The notes beneath the pieces were generated by a model. It searched no databases and was not told the DNA's origin. It saw nothing but the letters and a program-made list of their open reading frames with translations. This document shows, piece after piece, positions 53,867 to 64,000 of a DNA stretch of 64,000 nt. The stretch lies in contig CAWBCJ010000025.1 of assembly GCA_963787255.1 (NCBI GenBank), forward strand, positions 32,001 to 96,000. Direction: 5' to 3'. The position numbers were made by a program, and so were the translations under genes. The first letter of the stretch is position 1, and every line of letters begins with the position of its first letter. This DNA comes from Methanobacteriota archaeon. GTDB taxonomy: Archaea > Methanobacteriota > Methanobacteria > Methanobacteriales > Methanobacteriaceae.

Positions 53867-54358
53867 TTATTCTATTTTCTTAAATTCATGTTCAGGTGCA
53901 CCGCAAATTGGGCATATTTCAGGCGCTTCTTTTTCTACAGTGTTTCCACAGAAGTTGCAAACATAATAAATTGCTTCTACGTTGTTTCCAAGATTTCCAA
54001 GAGCGTTTGCATAAAGTCCTGCGTGAATTTCTTCTACCTGATTTGCAACATCAAAGGTCCAGACTGCAGCTTTGTTCTCTTCTTTCTTCGCTTCTTCTAT
54101 GAATGCGGGGTACATTTCTTTAAATTCTTCTACTTCCCCTTCTATTGCTTCTTTAAGGTTTTCTTCAGTGCTGTTAATGCCGTTCATTACTTTCAAGTGA
54201 TTGTGTGCATGTACGGTCTCTGCGTAAGCTGCAGCTCTAAATAATCGTGCAACCTGTAAAAATCCTTCTTTATCAGCTTTTTTAGCAAATGCAAGGTATT
54301 TTCGATTGGCTTGAGATTCACCAGCAAAAGCTTCCTTTAAATTTTCATCTGTACTCAT
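53867..54358 (-). CDS. rbr: Rubrerythrin
   Basis: AFAGESQANRKY, AETVHA, EEIHA, CNFCG...CPICG. Confidence 0.95.
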   Translation of the reverse strand: MSTDENLKEAFAGESQANRKYLAFAKKADKEGFLQVARLFRAAAYAETVHAHNHLKVMNGINSTEENLKEAIEGEVEEFKEMYPAFIEEAKKEENKAAVWTFDVANQVEEIHAGLYANALGNLGNNVEAIYYVCNFCGNTVEKEAPEICPICGAPEHEFKKIE

Positions 54359-54484
54359 AATTATATCACCTTTAAATATTTTATTAAAACATATTATATC
54401 AGAATAACTATTGTAAATTAATGAATATTAATCTTTTTATAGGGAACCATAACAAAAAAGTATCTAAAATAAAAAAGGAAAAAA

Positions 54485-54692
<208 letters not shown>

Positions 54693-54972
54693 ATTTCACC
54701 TCCTAATTTAACTTTACATATATAATATTTAAACTTATCGTTTTTCATAGGGTCTTGGGGTACCATAAACCCTCTACAGTTTCAGTGAAAGTGCATATTT
54801 CATATACAAAAATTTTACGATGACATAACTACAATGGAATATTTTGATCACCAAAATTTTGGTATATGAACTAACCTATTATGTGATATAACATTAGGGT
54901 AATTTTGAAGGGTTTCATATCATTTGTAATTAACCAAAACTTTTAAGGTATTGAAACTTTATAAGAGATTGC

Positions 54973-56088
54973 ATGTTTGACAAGCTGAACATTGACTCCC
55001 AAATAAATGAAATACTTGAAAACGCCATGGATCAAGAAATTTCCACTGAAGAAGCTGAAATATTGATGGGAACACAGGGAAAAGAGTTTCAAGCGCTTAT
55101 TATAGCTGCAGACATCCTCAGAGAAAAATTAGTTGGAGATGAAATTACATTTATCCAAAACTGGAACATTAACTTCACAGATATTTGTACCGGGACATGC
55201 GGTTTTTGCGCATTTAAAAAGAACGAAAATGATGAAGACGCATACTTTCTAGAAATTGAAGAAATAGTTAGAAGGACAAAAGAAGCATACAATGAAGGTG
55301 CAGTCGAAGTCTGTATTCAAGGAGGCCTTCATCAAGATATAGATGCTTATTTTTATGAAGATATTTTATTAAATGTTAAAGAAGAGGTTCCAAATATTCA
55401 TATTCACGCATTTTCACCAATGGAAATATTTTACGGGGCTTCGAAGGCAGAAATTACCGTTAAAGAAAATCTTAAGATGTTAAAGAAAGCAGGACTGGGG
55501 TCGATGCCAGGAACCGCTGCAGAAATCTTAAACGACGATATTAGGGATATTATATGTCCTGGAAAGCTTAAAACTTCGGAATGGATAGATGTTATTGAAA
55601 CGGCTCATAAAACAGGGGTTCCAACGACATGTACCATGATGTACGGCCATGTAGAGAATATAAGTCACAGAGTTGAACATCTTGAGATTTTAAGGGAAAT
55701 TCAAAAGAGGACAGGTGGTTTAACAGAATTTGTGCCTCTCTCATTCATGCATAAAAATGCTCCAATTTACAAAAAAGGAATTTCTAATGCAGGAACAACG
55801 GGTTCAGAGGATTTAAAGCTTTATGCAGTTTCAAGATTAATGTTCAGGGATTTAATAAAAAATATACAGGTTTCATGGGTGAAACTTGGCTTTAAATTCG
55901 CCCAAATTTGTCTCATGGCGGGTACAAACGATCTAGGCGGTACACTTGGTGAGGAAAATATTTCAAGGTCTGCTGGGGCAGCACATGGAGTTTATACACC
56001 TCCAACTGAATTAAAAAGAGTAATAAAAGATATAGGAAGAATTCCAGCTGAAAGAAACACGTTATATACCGAAATTAAAGAAGTGTAA
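54973..56088 (+). CDS. cofH: FO synthase subunit 2 (F420 biosynthesis, radical SAM)
   Basis: [54 protein letters not shown]. Confidence 0.93.
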   Translation: MFDKLNIDSQINEILENAMDQEISTEEAEILMGTQGKEFQALIIAADILREKLVGDEITFIQNWNINFTDICTGTCGFCAFKKNENDEDAYFLEIEEIVRRTKEAYNEGAVEVCIQGGLHQDIDAYFYEDILLNVKEEVPNIHIHAFSPMEIFYGASKAEITVKENLKMLKKAGLGSMPGTAAEILNDDIRDIICPGKLKTSEWIDVIETAHKTGVPTTCTMMYGHVENISHRVEHLEILREIQKRTGGLTEFVPLSFMHKNAPIYKKGISNAGTTGSEDLKLYAVSRLMFRDLIKNIQVSWVKLGFKFAQICLMAGTNDLGGTLGEENISRSAGAAHGVYTPPTELKRVIKDIGRIPAERNTLYTEIKEV

Positions 56089-56250
56089 ATTTTTGACTTA
56101 TTTTTTTTATGGTAAGACATTTAAGGAATTCATTTAATCTAAAATCTTTATTTTTATTAAAAAAAGAAATAAAAAGTTCAAATGCTTAATATCCATTTGA
56201 TTTCGGTAAAAAGAAATAAGTTGTATGACAAGAAGTATAAATTAAAAAGT

Positions 56251-56601
56251 TTATTTCTTTCTAATTATTATTTTATCTCCATTTTCAGCAGCTTTTAAAA
56301 CCTCTAAATTTTCTGTAACCTCACCAATGTGATTCACTTCTGATGCCGGCTGTGAATCACCATAAAAAACACAGAAAGCATTTCCTGGTGGCCAGTAGGA
56401 TATATCGCCGCATTTAGACTTTCCAGAAGGATTTTCATAATCTAAATCTAAGGTCATATCAAAATAGACTTCTTCAAAGTAAATATTTGCATTTCCTTTA
56501 ACTGGTAATTTTTCATAAATTTTACGAGCGGTTTCAGGGTTTCTTTCATCTAATTTTCCAACAGCTTTACCTTTTCCTACTACTTCTATCTCTATTTCCA
56601 T
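56251..56601 (-). CDS. Cyclophilin-like fold protein (TM1367/DUF369-like)
   Basis: PETARKI, EVYF, GDISYWPPGNAFCVFYG, VNHIG. Confidence 0.85.
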   Translation of the reverse strand: MEIEIEVVGKGKAVGKLDERNPETARKIYEKLPVKGNANIYFEEVYFDMTLDLDYENPSGKSKCGDISYWPPGNAFCVFYGDSQPASEVNHIGEVTENLEVLKAAENGDKIIIRKK

Positions 56602-56775
56602 TTATTTCACCTTTGAAAGTATATTGTCTTACATTGAAAATAATATATTATCTTTTAAATTAAAGGAAAAATCATTAATTAATAAAAATATAAAAACAAT
56701 TTAAAGAAAAACTAAATATATGCAAATTATATAATAGACTAATACAGTTTTTAATGATATGTTTAAGGTGATTTA

Positions 56776-57258
56776 GTGACCAATAAAGAAGCAGAGATGT
56801 TTTATAAGCAAGGTATGTCATTTTTAGGACAGGGTGAAACCCGAAAAGCACTAGAATTCTTTGATAAGGCATTAAAATTTGATGATAAATATTTTCCCGC
56901 ATGGAACAATAAAGGAGTGGCACTTCTGGAACTTAAAGATTATCATCAAGCCGCAGACAGTTTTCAAAATGTTATAAATATAAATGCTGCTGATAAAATG
57001 GCATTATACAATAAGGGATATGCTCTTTTAATGATGGAAGAATATCAACAATCTGTTGAAATTCTTGACTATTTTCTGGCTAACTGTTCAAGAAAGAATG
57101 ATTTTTTTAAATTTGGCCTATACCTGCAAGCTAAGGGATTTTACGGTCTTAAAGAATATGATAAAGCGATTTCATTATTAAATGACGCTATTAAAGTTGA
57201 TAAAAATTTTAAAGAAGCACAGGAACTCTTAAATCAAATTGTAAAAGAAAAAGAATAA
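56776..57258 (+). CDS. Tetratricopeptide-repeat protein
   Basis: AWNNKGVAL, ALYNKGYAL; about 4 TPR units. Confidence 0.9.
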   Translation: MTNKEAEMFYKQGMSFLGQGETRKALEFFDKALKFDDKYFPAWNNKGVALLELKDYHQAADSFQNVININAADKMALYNKGYALLMMEEYQQSVEILDYFLANCSRKNDFFKFGLYLQAKGFYGLKEYDKAISLLNDAIKVDKNFKEAQELLNQIVKEKE

Positions 57259-57271
57259 ATAAAATTCTTAA

Positions 57272-57964
57272 TTATATTTCTTTACTAGCGGATATCCTTA
57301 AAGCTTCCTCCATTATTTGAACACCTGAAGAAGTTCCTATCCGTGTTGCACCAGCTTTTATCATATCCAAAGCATTTTTTAAGTTTTTTATACCGCCGGA
57401 TGCCTTAATATTTAAAGAAGATCCCACTGTTTTTCTGATTAATTTAATATCTTCAACTGTAGCTCCAGAATAACCAAATCCTGTCGATGTTTTCACAAAA
57501 TCCGCTCCAGATTCTTTTATGATTTCACAGGCTTTTATTATTTCGTCTTCTTCAAGCAGGGCAGTTTCTATGATTACCTTGACAATTGCGTCCTTTGATC
57601 CAACTACAACACTTTTTATATCTTGTTTAACGTCTTCTTCAAAGCCGGATTTAAGCGCTCCAATATTCATAACCATGTCAAGCTCTGAAGCCCCAATTTC
57701 ATATGAATTACTCGCTTCAAAAAACTTTATTTTAGACGTGTTAGCACCTAACGGAAAACCGATAACAGTACATACATTAACATCTGTTTTTTCTAATAAG
57801 TGGACAGCATATTGAACATTTGCCGGATTAACACAAACTGAAGCAAAATTATACTTCTTTGCTTCATCACATAACTTTTCTATGTCTTTTAAAGTTGCAT
57901 CAGGTTTTAGATTGGTGTGATCAATCATTTTTGCCAGTTTTTCTGGAGATTCAAGCATTTTCAT
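57272..57964 (-). CDS. deoC: Deoxyribose-phosphate aldolase
   Basis: IDHTNLKP, VIGFPLG, KVIIET, FVKTSTGF, KASGGI, RIGTS. Confidence 0.95.
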   Translation of the reverse strand: MKMLESPEKLAKMIDHTNLKPDATLKDIEKLCDEAKKYNFASVCVNPANVQYAVHLLEKTDVNVCTVIGFPLGANTSKIKFFEASNSYEIGASELDMVMNIGALKSGFEEDVKQDIKSVVVGSKDAIVKVIIETALLEEDEIIKACEIIKESGADFVKTSTGFGYSGATVEDIKLIRKTVGSSLNIKASGGIKNLKNALDMIKAGATRIGTSSGVQIMEEALRISASKEI

Positions 57965-58000
57965 TTTACCATTCCTTGATTTTCTTTAAATAATTTATAT

Positions 58001-59650
58001 TTATAAATCTTTAGACATGTAAGGACCTAATTGTGAATATCCAAACTTTTTATAATAATTTCGAGCTCCTATTCCACTAATAACATTCATCCTGTTCTTT
58101 TCATAAACTTCTACAGCAATTTTTTCGGCCTCTTCAAGCAGACGTTCACCATAGCCCATGTGTTGCCATTGACCTATTTCTTTTTCACCTAACGGCATCA
58201 TTGAACCATAAACGTGCAACTCCCTTATAATAGCTGTTTTATCGTTTATTTCTGGCCTATGGGCTTTCTTGGAAGGAATTCTCATCCTTAAAAAACCGAT
58301 TAAAATATCCTTTTTAACATCCTCAAATGATAAAAAAATCTCGCGCCCTTCCCCTGCATTATATTCTTCTTTTAATAATTTAACATTCTCTATATTGGGA
58401 GTAATGCCTTGCGCTGCTTTATGACCAACTTCTCTACAGCGAATACATTTGCAATCATCACCCATTTCGTGGAGTTTTTTGTAAACAAGTTCGCCAAGAT
58501 TGGATTTTTTAACTCCTGCCTCAATTAGGGGTGAGGGTATGTCCCGCTGGATCCTCATGGTCCTAACCCATTTTGGAAGGATCTTTTTTATTTCTGCTAT
58601 TAAATCAATGGCTTCTTCGCTTGTATAAGGGTTATATTCTCCTTTTTGCCACATATCGTGAATCTTGGAACCTTTTGTTACAAGACAGGGATATATTTTC
58701 AACATGTCGGGTTTAAACCTTGAATCTGTGAATAATCTTTTAAATATTCTCATATCCCTTTCGAAATCTGCAAAAAGTCCGGGCATGAGATGCATTGCAA
58801 CTTTAATTCCAGAATCTCTGAGTATTCGCGCTGATTCTATGGTGTCTTCAACGGTGTGACCTCGTTCAATCCGCTTGTAAATGTAATTGTAAATGGTTTG
58901 GACTCCTAGCTCAACCCTTGTAACTCCCATGTTGAGCATCCTATCCACGTCAGGAATTTTACAGTAGTCTGGGCGCGTTTCAAATGTCATTCCCACACAT
59001 CTAACTGCTGAATTTTCATTTGCTTTTTGTACACTTTCTAGATAAATAAAATCCTTTGGAACATCAATATTATTTGGTTTAGAATTCTTTTCAAATTTAT
59101 CTTGTGAAAAACCATTTATTGAAGGATTTTTTACTCCAAAATCGTTCATGGCTTGAAGACATTTGCTTACAAACCATTCCTGGTAGCATAGGAAATATGA
59201 AGGGAATGTTCCGCCCATTATAATTAATTCAACCTTATCTAATGGATGTCCAATGCTTTCAAGCTGAAGAAGGCGGTTGTAAACCTGTAAATAAGGGTCA
59301 AAATTGAACATTCTTGCCCTTAAAGCTGCAGGCTCTTCTCCGGTGTAGCTTGGAGGTGCTATTTCACTTTCAGGGCAGTAAAGGCATCTTCCATGAGGGC
59401 ATTTATGTGGTTTACACATTACGGCAACTATTGCAACTCCGGAAATAGTCCGAGTAGGCTTTTTTCTTATGATGCCTGATATCTTCTTTCTATCTTCTGG
59501 AGATGCATATTCCAGTATTAGTGAGTTGCTCATGAATTTTTGAAGCTTATAATCCCTGCAGGCTTTTAACTTCACCTTTTCCAATTCTTTCTTATCTTTA
59601 ATATTGCCTTCAATAATTTCGCTGATTATAAATTCACACGCTTCTCTCAT
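58001..59650 (-). CDS. elp3: Elp3 tRNA uridine(34) acetyltransferase (radical SAM + GNAT)
   Basis: [45 protein letters not shown]; ATG 59650 favoured over TTG 59665. Confidence 0.95.
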   Translation of the reverse strand: MREACEFIISEIIEGNIKDKKELEKVKLKACRDYKLQKFMSNSLILEYASPEDRKKISGIIRKKPTRTISGVAIVAVMCKPHKCPHGRCLYCPESEIAPPSYTGEEPAALRARMFNFDPYLQVYNRLLQLESIGHPLDKVELIIMGGTFPSYFLCYQEWFVSKCLQAMNDFGVKNPSINGFSQDKFEKNSKPNNIDVPKDFIYLESVQKANENSAVRCVGMTFETRPDYCKIPDVDRMLNMGVTRVELGVQTIYNYIYKRIERGHTVEDTIESARILRDSGIKVAMHLMPGLFADFERDMRIFKRLFTDSRFKPDMLKIYPCLVTKGSKIHDMWQKGEYNPYTSEEAIDLIAEIKKILPKWVRTMRIQRDIPSPLIEAGVKKSNLGELVYKKLHEMGDDCKCIRCREVGHKAAQGITPNIENVKLLKEEYNAGEGREIFLSFEDVKKDILIGFLRMRIPSKKAHRPEINDKTAIIRELHVYGSMMPLGEKEIGQWQHMGYGERLLEEAEKIAVEVYEKNRMNVISGIGARNYYKKFGYSQLGPYMSKDL

Positions 59651-59822
59651 CCCTGTTTTCTCCAAAAAAACGAATATATTACTTAAATTGTTAAAGATGT
59701 TTATTTTTTTTAATTTTTATCATAGATTAAAAATTCAAGTTATTTTTTTATATTTAGTAATGATTTTTATAATAGTTATGTAAATGGATTTATTTTTTTA
59801 ATTAAAAAAAAGAAATTTAGTA

Positions 59823-60911
59823 TTATCTGGCTGATTTGGTGTCAAGCATTTCTAAAACCTTCATTATGTCTGTTTTTGAGATAATTCCCACCAGTTTTTC
59901 ATTTTCAGTTACAGGGAGCCTTCCAATATTATTTCTACTTATTTTTTCAAATGTATTGAATACAGGTTCATTGGGGCTGGCTAATACAAGGTCTTTACTC
60001 ATAATATCTTTTACTGGAATGTTTCTTTCTCCTTCGGGCACTCGAGATATGTCGTCAAATGTTATAATCCCTACTAAATTGTCTTCATCAATAACTGGAT
60101 ATCCCATATGTCTTTGCGTGAACATTATATTCAACGCCTCTGAGACTGGAGTATCTGGATTCAATGTAGAAACGTTCCGGGTCATTATATCCTTTACCGA
60201 TAAACCTTCGAGCATTGATGAAACCATTATTGCCCTATATTCCTGATCTGCACCTATATAAATGAATATAGCTATTAAAATCAGGATGAAATTGAAAAAT
60301 ATTCCAAAAATGGCCATTAAAATGGCAAATTGTTTTCCAATTGTTGCCGCAGTTTTGGTAGCTTTAACATAACTCATTCTTCTTGCAAGAAATGCCCTTA
60401 AAACCCGCCCTCCATCCATAGGAAATGCTGGAAGAAGGTTAAAAATTCCAAGTACAAGATTTATTCCTAAAAAATTAGAAAGAAACAGATTTATATCTGC
60501 AGATGGAGTATTGGATATGAAAAATGAAGAAACACTTAAAGATCCAATTCCACCAGTAATAAAAAGTCCTACGAGGCAAAAAAGAGCTATAACAATATTT
60601 GTTAGAGGTCCTGCAACTGCTATTTTTAGTTCTTGACCAGGATCTTTGGGTATTTCACCCATTGCAGAAACACCTCCAATTGGAAGAAGAATAATCCTTT
60701 CAACAGAAACTCCATATCGTTTTGCAACATATGAGTGACTAAATTCATGTATAACTACTGTTACGAAGAGTAAAACAATTAAAAATGCCACATATAATGT
60801 AAATATTCCAAAAAAGGCTAAAGCAAAGATTATTATTATCAATAAAAGGAATGAAATATGTAATTCCACGGGAATTCCAGAAATACTGAATATTTTAAAG
60901 GAAGACTTCAT
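59823..60911 (-). CDS. Site-2 protease (M50) with two CBS domains
   Basis: HEFSH, AGPLTN, FNLLPAFPMDGGR; C-terminal CBS pair. Confidence 0.95.
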   Translation of the reverse strand: MKSSFKIFSISGIPVELHISFLLLIIIIFALAFFGIFTLYVAFLIVLLFVTVVIHEFSHSYVAKRYGVSVERIILLPIGGVSAMGEIPKDPGQELKIAVAGPLTNIVIALFCLVGLFITGGIGSLSVSSFFISNTPSADINLFLSNFLGINLVLGIFNLLPAFPMDGGRVLRAFLARRMSYVKATKTAATIGKQFAILMAIFGIFFNFILILIAIFIYIGADQEYRAIMVSSMLEGLSVKDIMTRNVSTLNPDTPVSEALNIMFTQRHMGYPVIDEDNLVGIITFDDISRVPEGERNIPVKDIMSKDLVLASPNEPVFNTFEKISRNNIGRLPVTENEKLVGIISKTDIMKVLEMLDTKSAR

Positions 60912-61126
60912 TTTTTTTCACCAAAGTTTAATATGGCTTAACATATTAATAAATTTTGTTTAAATGATAAGAACATTTATTAAAGCCCTAATAATAGTTT
61001 ATAAATCATTTCAAATGATTTAATTTCATTTAAATAGAATTAAGCACTAAAATATCCATATTTATTTAGTATTTGTAGTGATAAAAAATATAAGAGTAAA
61101 AAAACATACAAAAATGGGGTGTATAC

Positions 61127-61426
61127 ATGAAAGTGAGCGAATTTTTAGGTAAAAAAGTTATAGATAAAAACGCAACAGAAATTGGTAAAGTATCAGATGT
61201 CGATTTAATGCCTAAAGAAGGGCTAATTAATTCAATCACTGTTTCTACAGGAGATACGTGGCTTAGAAACAAAAAATTTGAGATTAAATCTGCAGATATA
61301 AACCAGATAGGGGATTACGTACTTTTAAATCTTGAAGGAACTTCAATAAAAGAAATTGTAGAAGAAAAAGAAGAGAAGGAAGAAAACCCTAAAAAAACAA
61401 GACTAGCTATTAATAAAGATGAATAA
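61127..61426 (+). CDS. PRC-barrel domain protein
   Basis: GKKVIDKNATEIGKVSD...I..IGDYVLL. Confidence 0.88.
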   Translation: MKVSEFLGKKVIDKNATEIGKVSDVDLMPKEGLINSITVSTGDTWLRNKKFEIKSADINQIGDYVLLNLEGTSIKEIVEEKEEKEENPKKTRLAINKDE

Positions 61427-61491
61427 TTAAATGCTTTTACAATAATTACAAAAAAAGGAAAATTTATTAAAAATTTTGGAATGGGGGTAGA

Positions 61492-61791
61492 TTGATGGAA
61501 GTTGTTGATGCATGCGGTAAATCAATAACAGAGGGATCCTATGTTACATATGAAGGAACAGGTACTACTGGTAAAGTCTCTGACATTAAAACAGTTGACG
61601 AAGACACATGGGCAAAAATTGACAGCACAGATCTCTGGTATAAAAGCAATACTCTTCAAGTTGTTGATAAAATTAATGAAAAACTCAAAAAAGTCTCAAA
61701 AGAAGATTTAAATGAAAAAGTCAAGAAGATGAAAAAAACAGTTGGCGAAGAAGTAGATATGTCCTCTGAACTATGTGACGGTGGAGGATAA
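61492..61791 (+). CDS. Conserved methanogen protein (DUF2098-like)
   Basis: GSYVTY.GTGT.G.V, LWY, C-terminal CDGGG. Confidence 0.75.
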   Translation: MMEVVDACGKSITEGSYVTYEGTGTTGKVSDIKTVDEDTWAKIDSTDLWYKSNTLQVVDKINEKLKKVSKEDLNEKVKKMKKTVGEEVDMSSELCDGGG

Positions 61792-61863
61792 CTCTCCATT
61801 AATTATTTTTTTAAAATTTTTTTCAACTTAGGAATAAAACTTTTAACTATAACTTTATTTTAC

Positions 61864-62292
61864 CTAAACTAACCTTACTTTATAATTTTTATAGACCAGG
61901 GACTTTAAATTCATCATTTTTCTTTCTATCAAGTGTCTTTCTTCCCTTGCCTGAGTATATAACTCCACATACTTCTCGTGATTTTCATTGACCTTCTGAT
62001 AATCTTTCTTCATCTTGGAATGCAGATTCATCAGACATTTTTTAATAATCATATCTTTTTCTTCAACCAATTTCTTTATATCTGCATTCTTATTAGATAT
62101 TTGGTCTTCTAGGGTGTTTAATTTATTTTCTTCAGTTTCAACATTCTTTTTTACAGAAGAATCATTGCCATTTTCAAGTTCTTCTTTTAAACTGACAATT
62201 TTTTTTACTAAAATTGCTTTTTTATCTTCTAAATCAGTTAATTTACCTTTATTAATAGCAATTTTTTCATCTATTTCATTTACTTCGTCCAT
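61864..62292 (-). CDS. Coiled-coil hypothetical protein
   Basis: 142-aa ORF with a heptad-like K/E/L pattern. Confidence 0.7.
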   Translation of the reverse strand: MDEVNEIDEKIAINKGKLTDLEDKKAILVKKIVSLKEELENGNDSSVKKNVETEENKLNTLEDQISNKNADIKKLVEEKDMIIKKCLMNLHSKMKKDYQKVNENHEKYVELYTQAREERHLIERKMMNLKSLVYKNYKVRLV

Positions 62293-62736
62293 TTTCCCGG
62301 CAGACTCTAAAAATGGGTTTAAAAATTCACTTATACTGCTAATTCTAACATCTCCTAAATTTGAAAGTAAATACTAAGATAAATTTTAAAAAATTCAACA
62401 TAAATTTACTTATATTTATAATTTTATATTGTACTTGCAGGGATATAATACTTAGCAAAATTTTTTCTAAATCTACTTAAAATTATTATTTTATCCAATA
62501 AATTTATGAAACATGACTATTATTATATTTAAGGCATTAAAAGCCCTTAATAAATCATTAAATCTCAAAATGATTTACTTTAACTCAAAAGTGTTTTTAT
62601 ATATAATTTATAATGGATTATCTAATAGATAAGAACATATTTAACAATAATATTATACTCTTTAAAAAAAATAAATATTATCTATCCCCTTATCCTATCG
62701 CATTTAGTTGAGGGATAAAATTTAAAAGGAAATAAA

Positions 62737-64000
62737 ATGAAATCTAAAATTGTAATGATCAGTATAATTATTCCAACCTATAATGAGGAAAGTTACATTC
62801 CTAAATTACTTAAAAGTATAAAAGATCAGAATTTCTCTGATTACGAGATTATTGTAGCAGACGCTGAATCCACTGATAATACACGGGAAATAGCAGAATC
62901 CTACGGATGTAAGGTTGTAAAAGGTGGATCTCCTGCGGTGGGGAGAAATAACGGTGCAAAAGTTGCTCGTGGAGAATATTTACTATTTTTAGATGCCGAC
63001 GTTATATTAACTGAAGGATATATTGAATCAGCTTTAAATGAGTTTATAGAAAACGAACAGGGCATTGGCATAACTCAATTGATACCCTTAAGTGACAGTA
63101 AAAAGGATAAAATGCTGCACGATTTCGCTAATTTTTTCATGAGAAGCGTGGAATCCATAAAACCTCATGGAGCAGGATGTTATGGCATTTTAACAACGAA
63201 AAAGCTTCACCAAGAGGTTGGTGGTTTTAACGAAACCTATGACTTTGGGGAAGATAGTAACTACATTGAAAGAATAGGAAAAATAAGCTCATTCAAGGTT
63301 TTAAGAGAACCTAAATTACTTATATCTACACGAAGACTTAAAAAGGAAGGGCTAAAAACTCTGGCCTTAATATATGCAAAAAGCACTTTATATGACTTTT
63401 TAGGAAAGCGCGTAACTGCAGGAGAACTTAATTACAATTTTGGATACGGTGAAAATAAAAGGAAAATATTATATTCGGTGTGCGGGGAAGGAATGGGCCA
63501 TGCAATACGCAGCTCTGTAATAATAAAACATCTTTTAAAGGATAATGAAGTAATTATTTTTGCAAGCGGCAGAGCATACGACTTTCTTTCCAAAAAATTT
63601 GAGAATGTATATTATATAGAAGGATTTAACACAGTTTACACAGAAAACAGTGCAAAATATAGATCCACATTCCTTGCTGGGATGAAAGACCTTCCTAAAA
63701 GCCTTAAAAAAAATATGAAAATACTTTATAATATTGCAAAGACCTTTCAGCCCAACATTATAATATCCGATTTTGAAGCTTATTCCAATCTTTTAAGTAA
63801 GATACTAGGGATTCCATTAATCAGCGTTGACAATATCCATGTTATTACACAGTGCAAGCTTGAACTACCTGAAAAATACTACTCTGAAAGGTTGGCAGCA
63901 CAAGGAGTGATTCTTTCATTTATCACACGGCCAAAAAGGTATCTGATAACCACTTTTTTCTATCCGGAGATTAAAAACGAAAAAAAAGTTTCATTGTATC
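62737..64000 (+). CDS. Bifunctional glycosyltransferase (GT2 domain fused to an MJ1255-like GT-B domain); runs off the window end
   Basis: ATG 62737: ISIIIPTYNEE, VADAESTD, GRNNG, FLDAD, GED; continues in frame into ILYSVCGEGMGHAIRS...IISDFE; no stop seen before 64000. Confidence 0.88.
   Translation, partial: MKSKIVMISIIIPTYNEESYIPKLLKSIKDQNFSDYEIIVADAESTDNTREIAESYGCKVVKGGSPAVGRNNGAKVARGEYLLFLDADVILTEGYIESALNEFIENEQGIGITQLIPLSDSKKDKMLHDFANFFMRSVESIKPHGAGCYGILTTKKLHQEVGGFNETYDFGEDSNYIERIGKISSFKVLREPKLLISTRRLKKEGLKTLALIYAKSTLYDFLGKRVTAGELNYNFGYGENKRKILYSVCGEGMGHAIRSSVIIKHLLKDNEVIIFASGRAYDFLSKKFENVYYIEGFNTVYTENSAKYRSTFLAGMKDLPKSLKKNMKILYNIAKTFQPNIIISDFEAYSNLLSKILGIPLISVDNIHVITQCKLELPEKYYSERLAAQGVILSFITRPKRYLITTFFYPEIKNEKKVSLY

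Overview
AT-rich archaeal chromosome segment. Gene content (pseudomurein-binding repeats, mfnD/mfnF, cofH, beta-RFA-P synthase, HMf-type histone, carS, tes) points to a Methanobacteriales methanogen, most likely Methanobacterium. Layout: 1-8.6 kb has three HisKA/HATPase sensor kinases around a cadC-cadA pair. 8.9-13.7 kb has NOG1, Hsp20, an FrlB-like SIS protein, a ThiN-HIT fusion and SatP. 14-25 kb is a tandem array of three large secreted proteins that shuffle a TIM-barrel glycoside-hydrolase-like domain, pseudomurein-binding repeats and a transglutaminase-like Cys-His-Asp peptidase, plus a decayed fourth fragment. 25-64 kb is mostly housekeeping, cofactor and lipid genes, a tRNA-Val/tRNA-Phe pair, a small accessory patch (M23 peptidase, gene remnant, zinc-finger microprotein) and a 3'-truncated GT2+GT fusion. 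About ten genes are broken by small insertions, probably long-read assembly errors. Best leads: the putative bifunctional pseudomurein hydrolase array with a shared TSS-proximal inverted repeat, and the ThiN-HIT fusion as a candidate ADP-thiazole hydrolase/thiamine-phosphate synthase. No CRISPR array, rRNA, transposase or prophage was seen. All family calls come from motif recognition by eye, not database searches.
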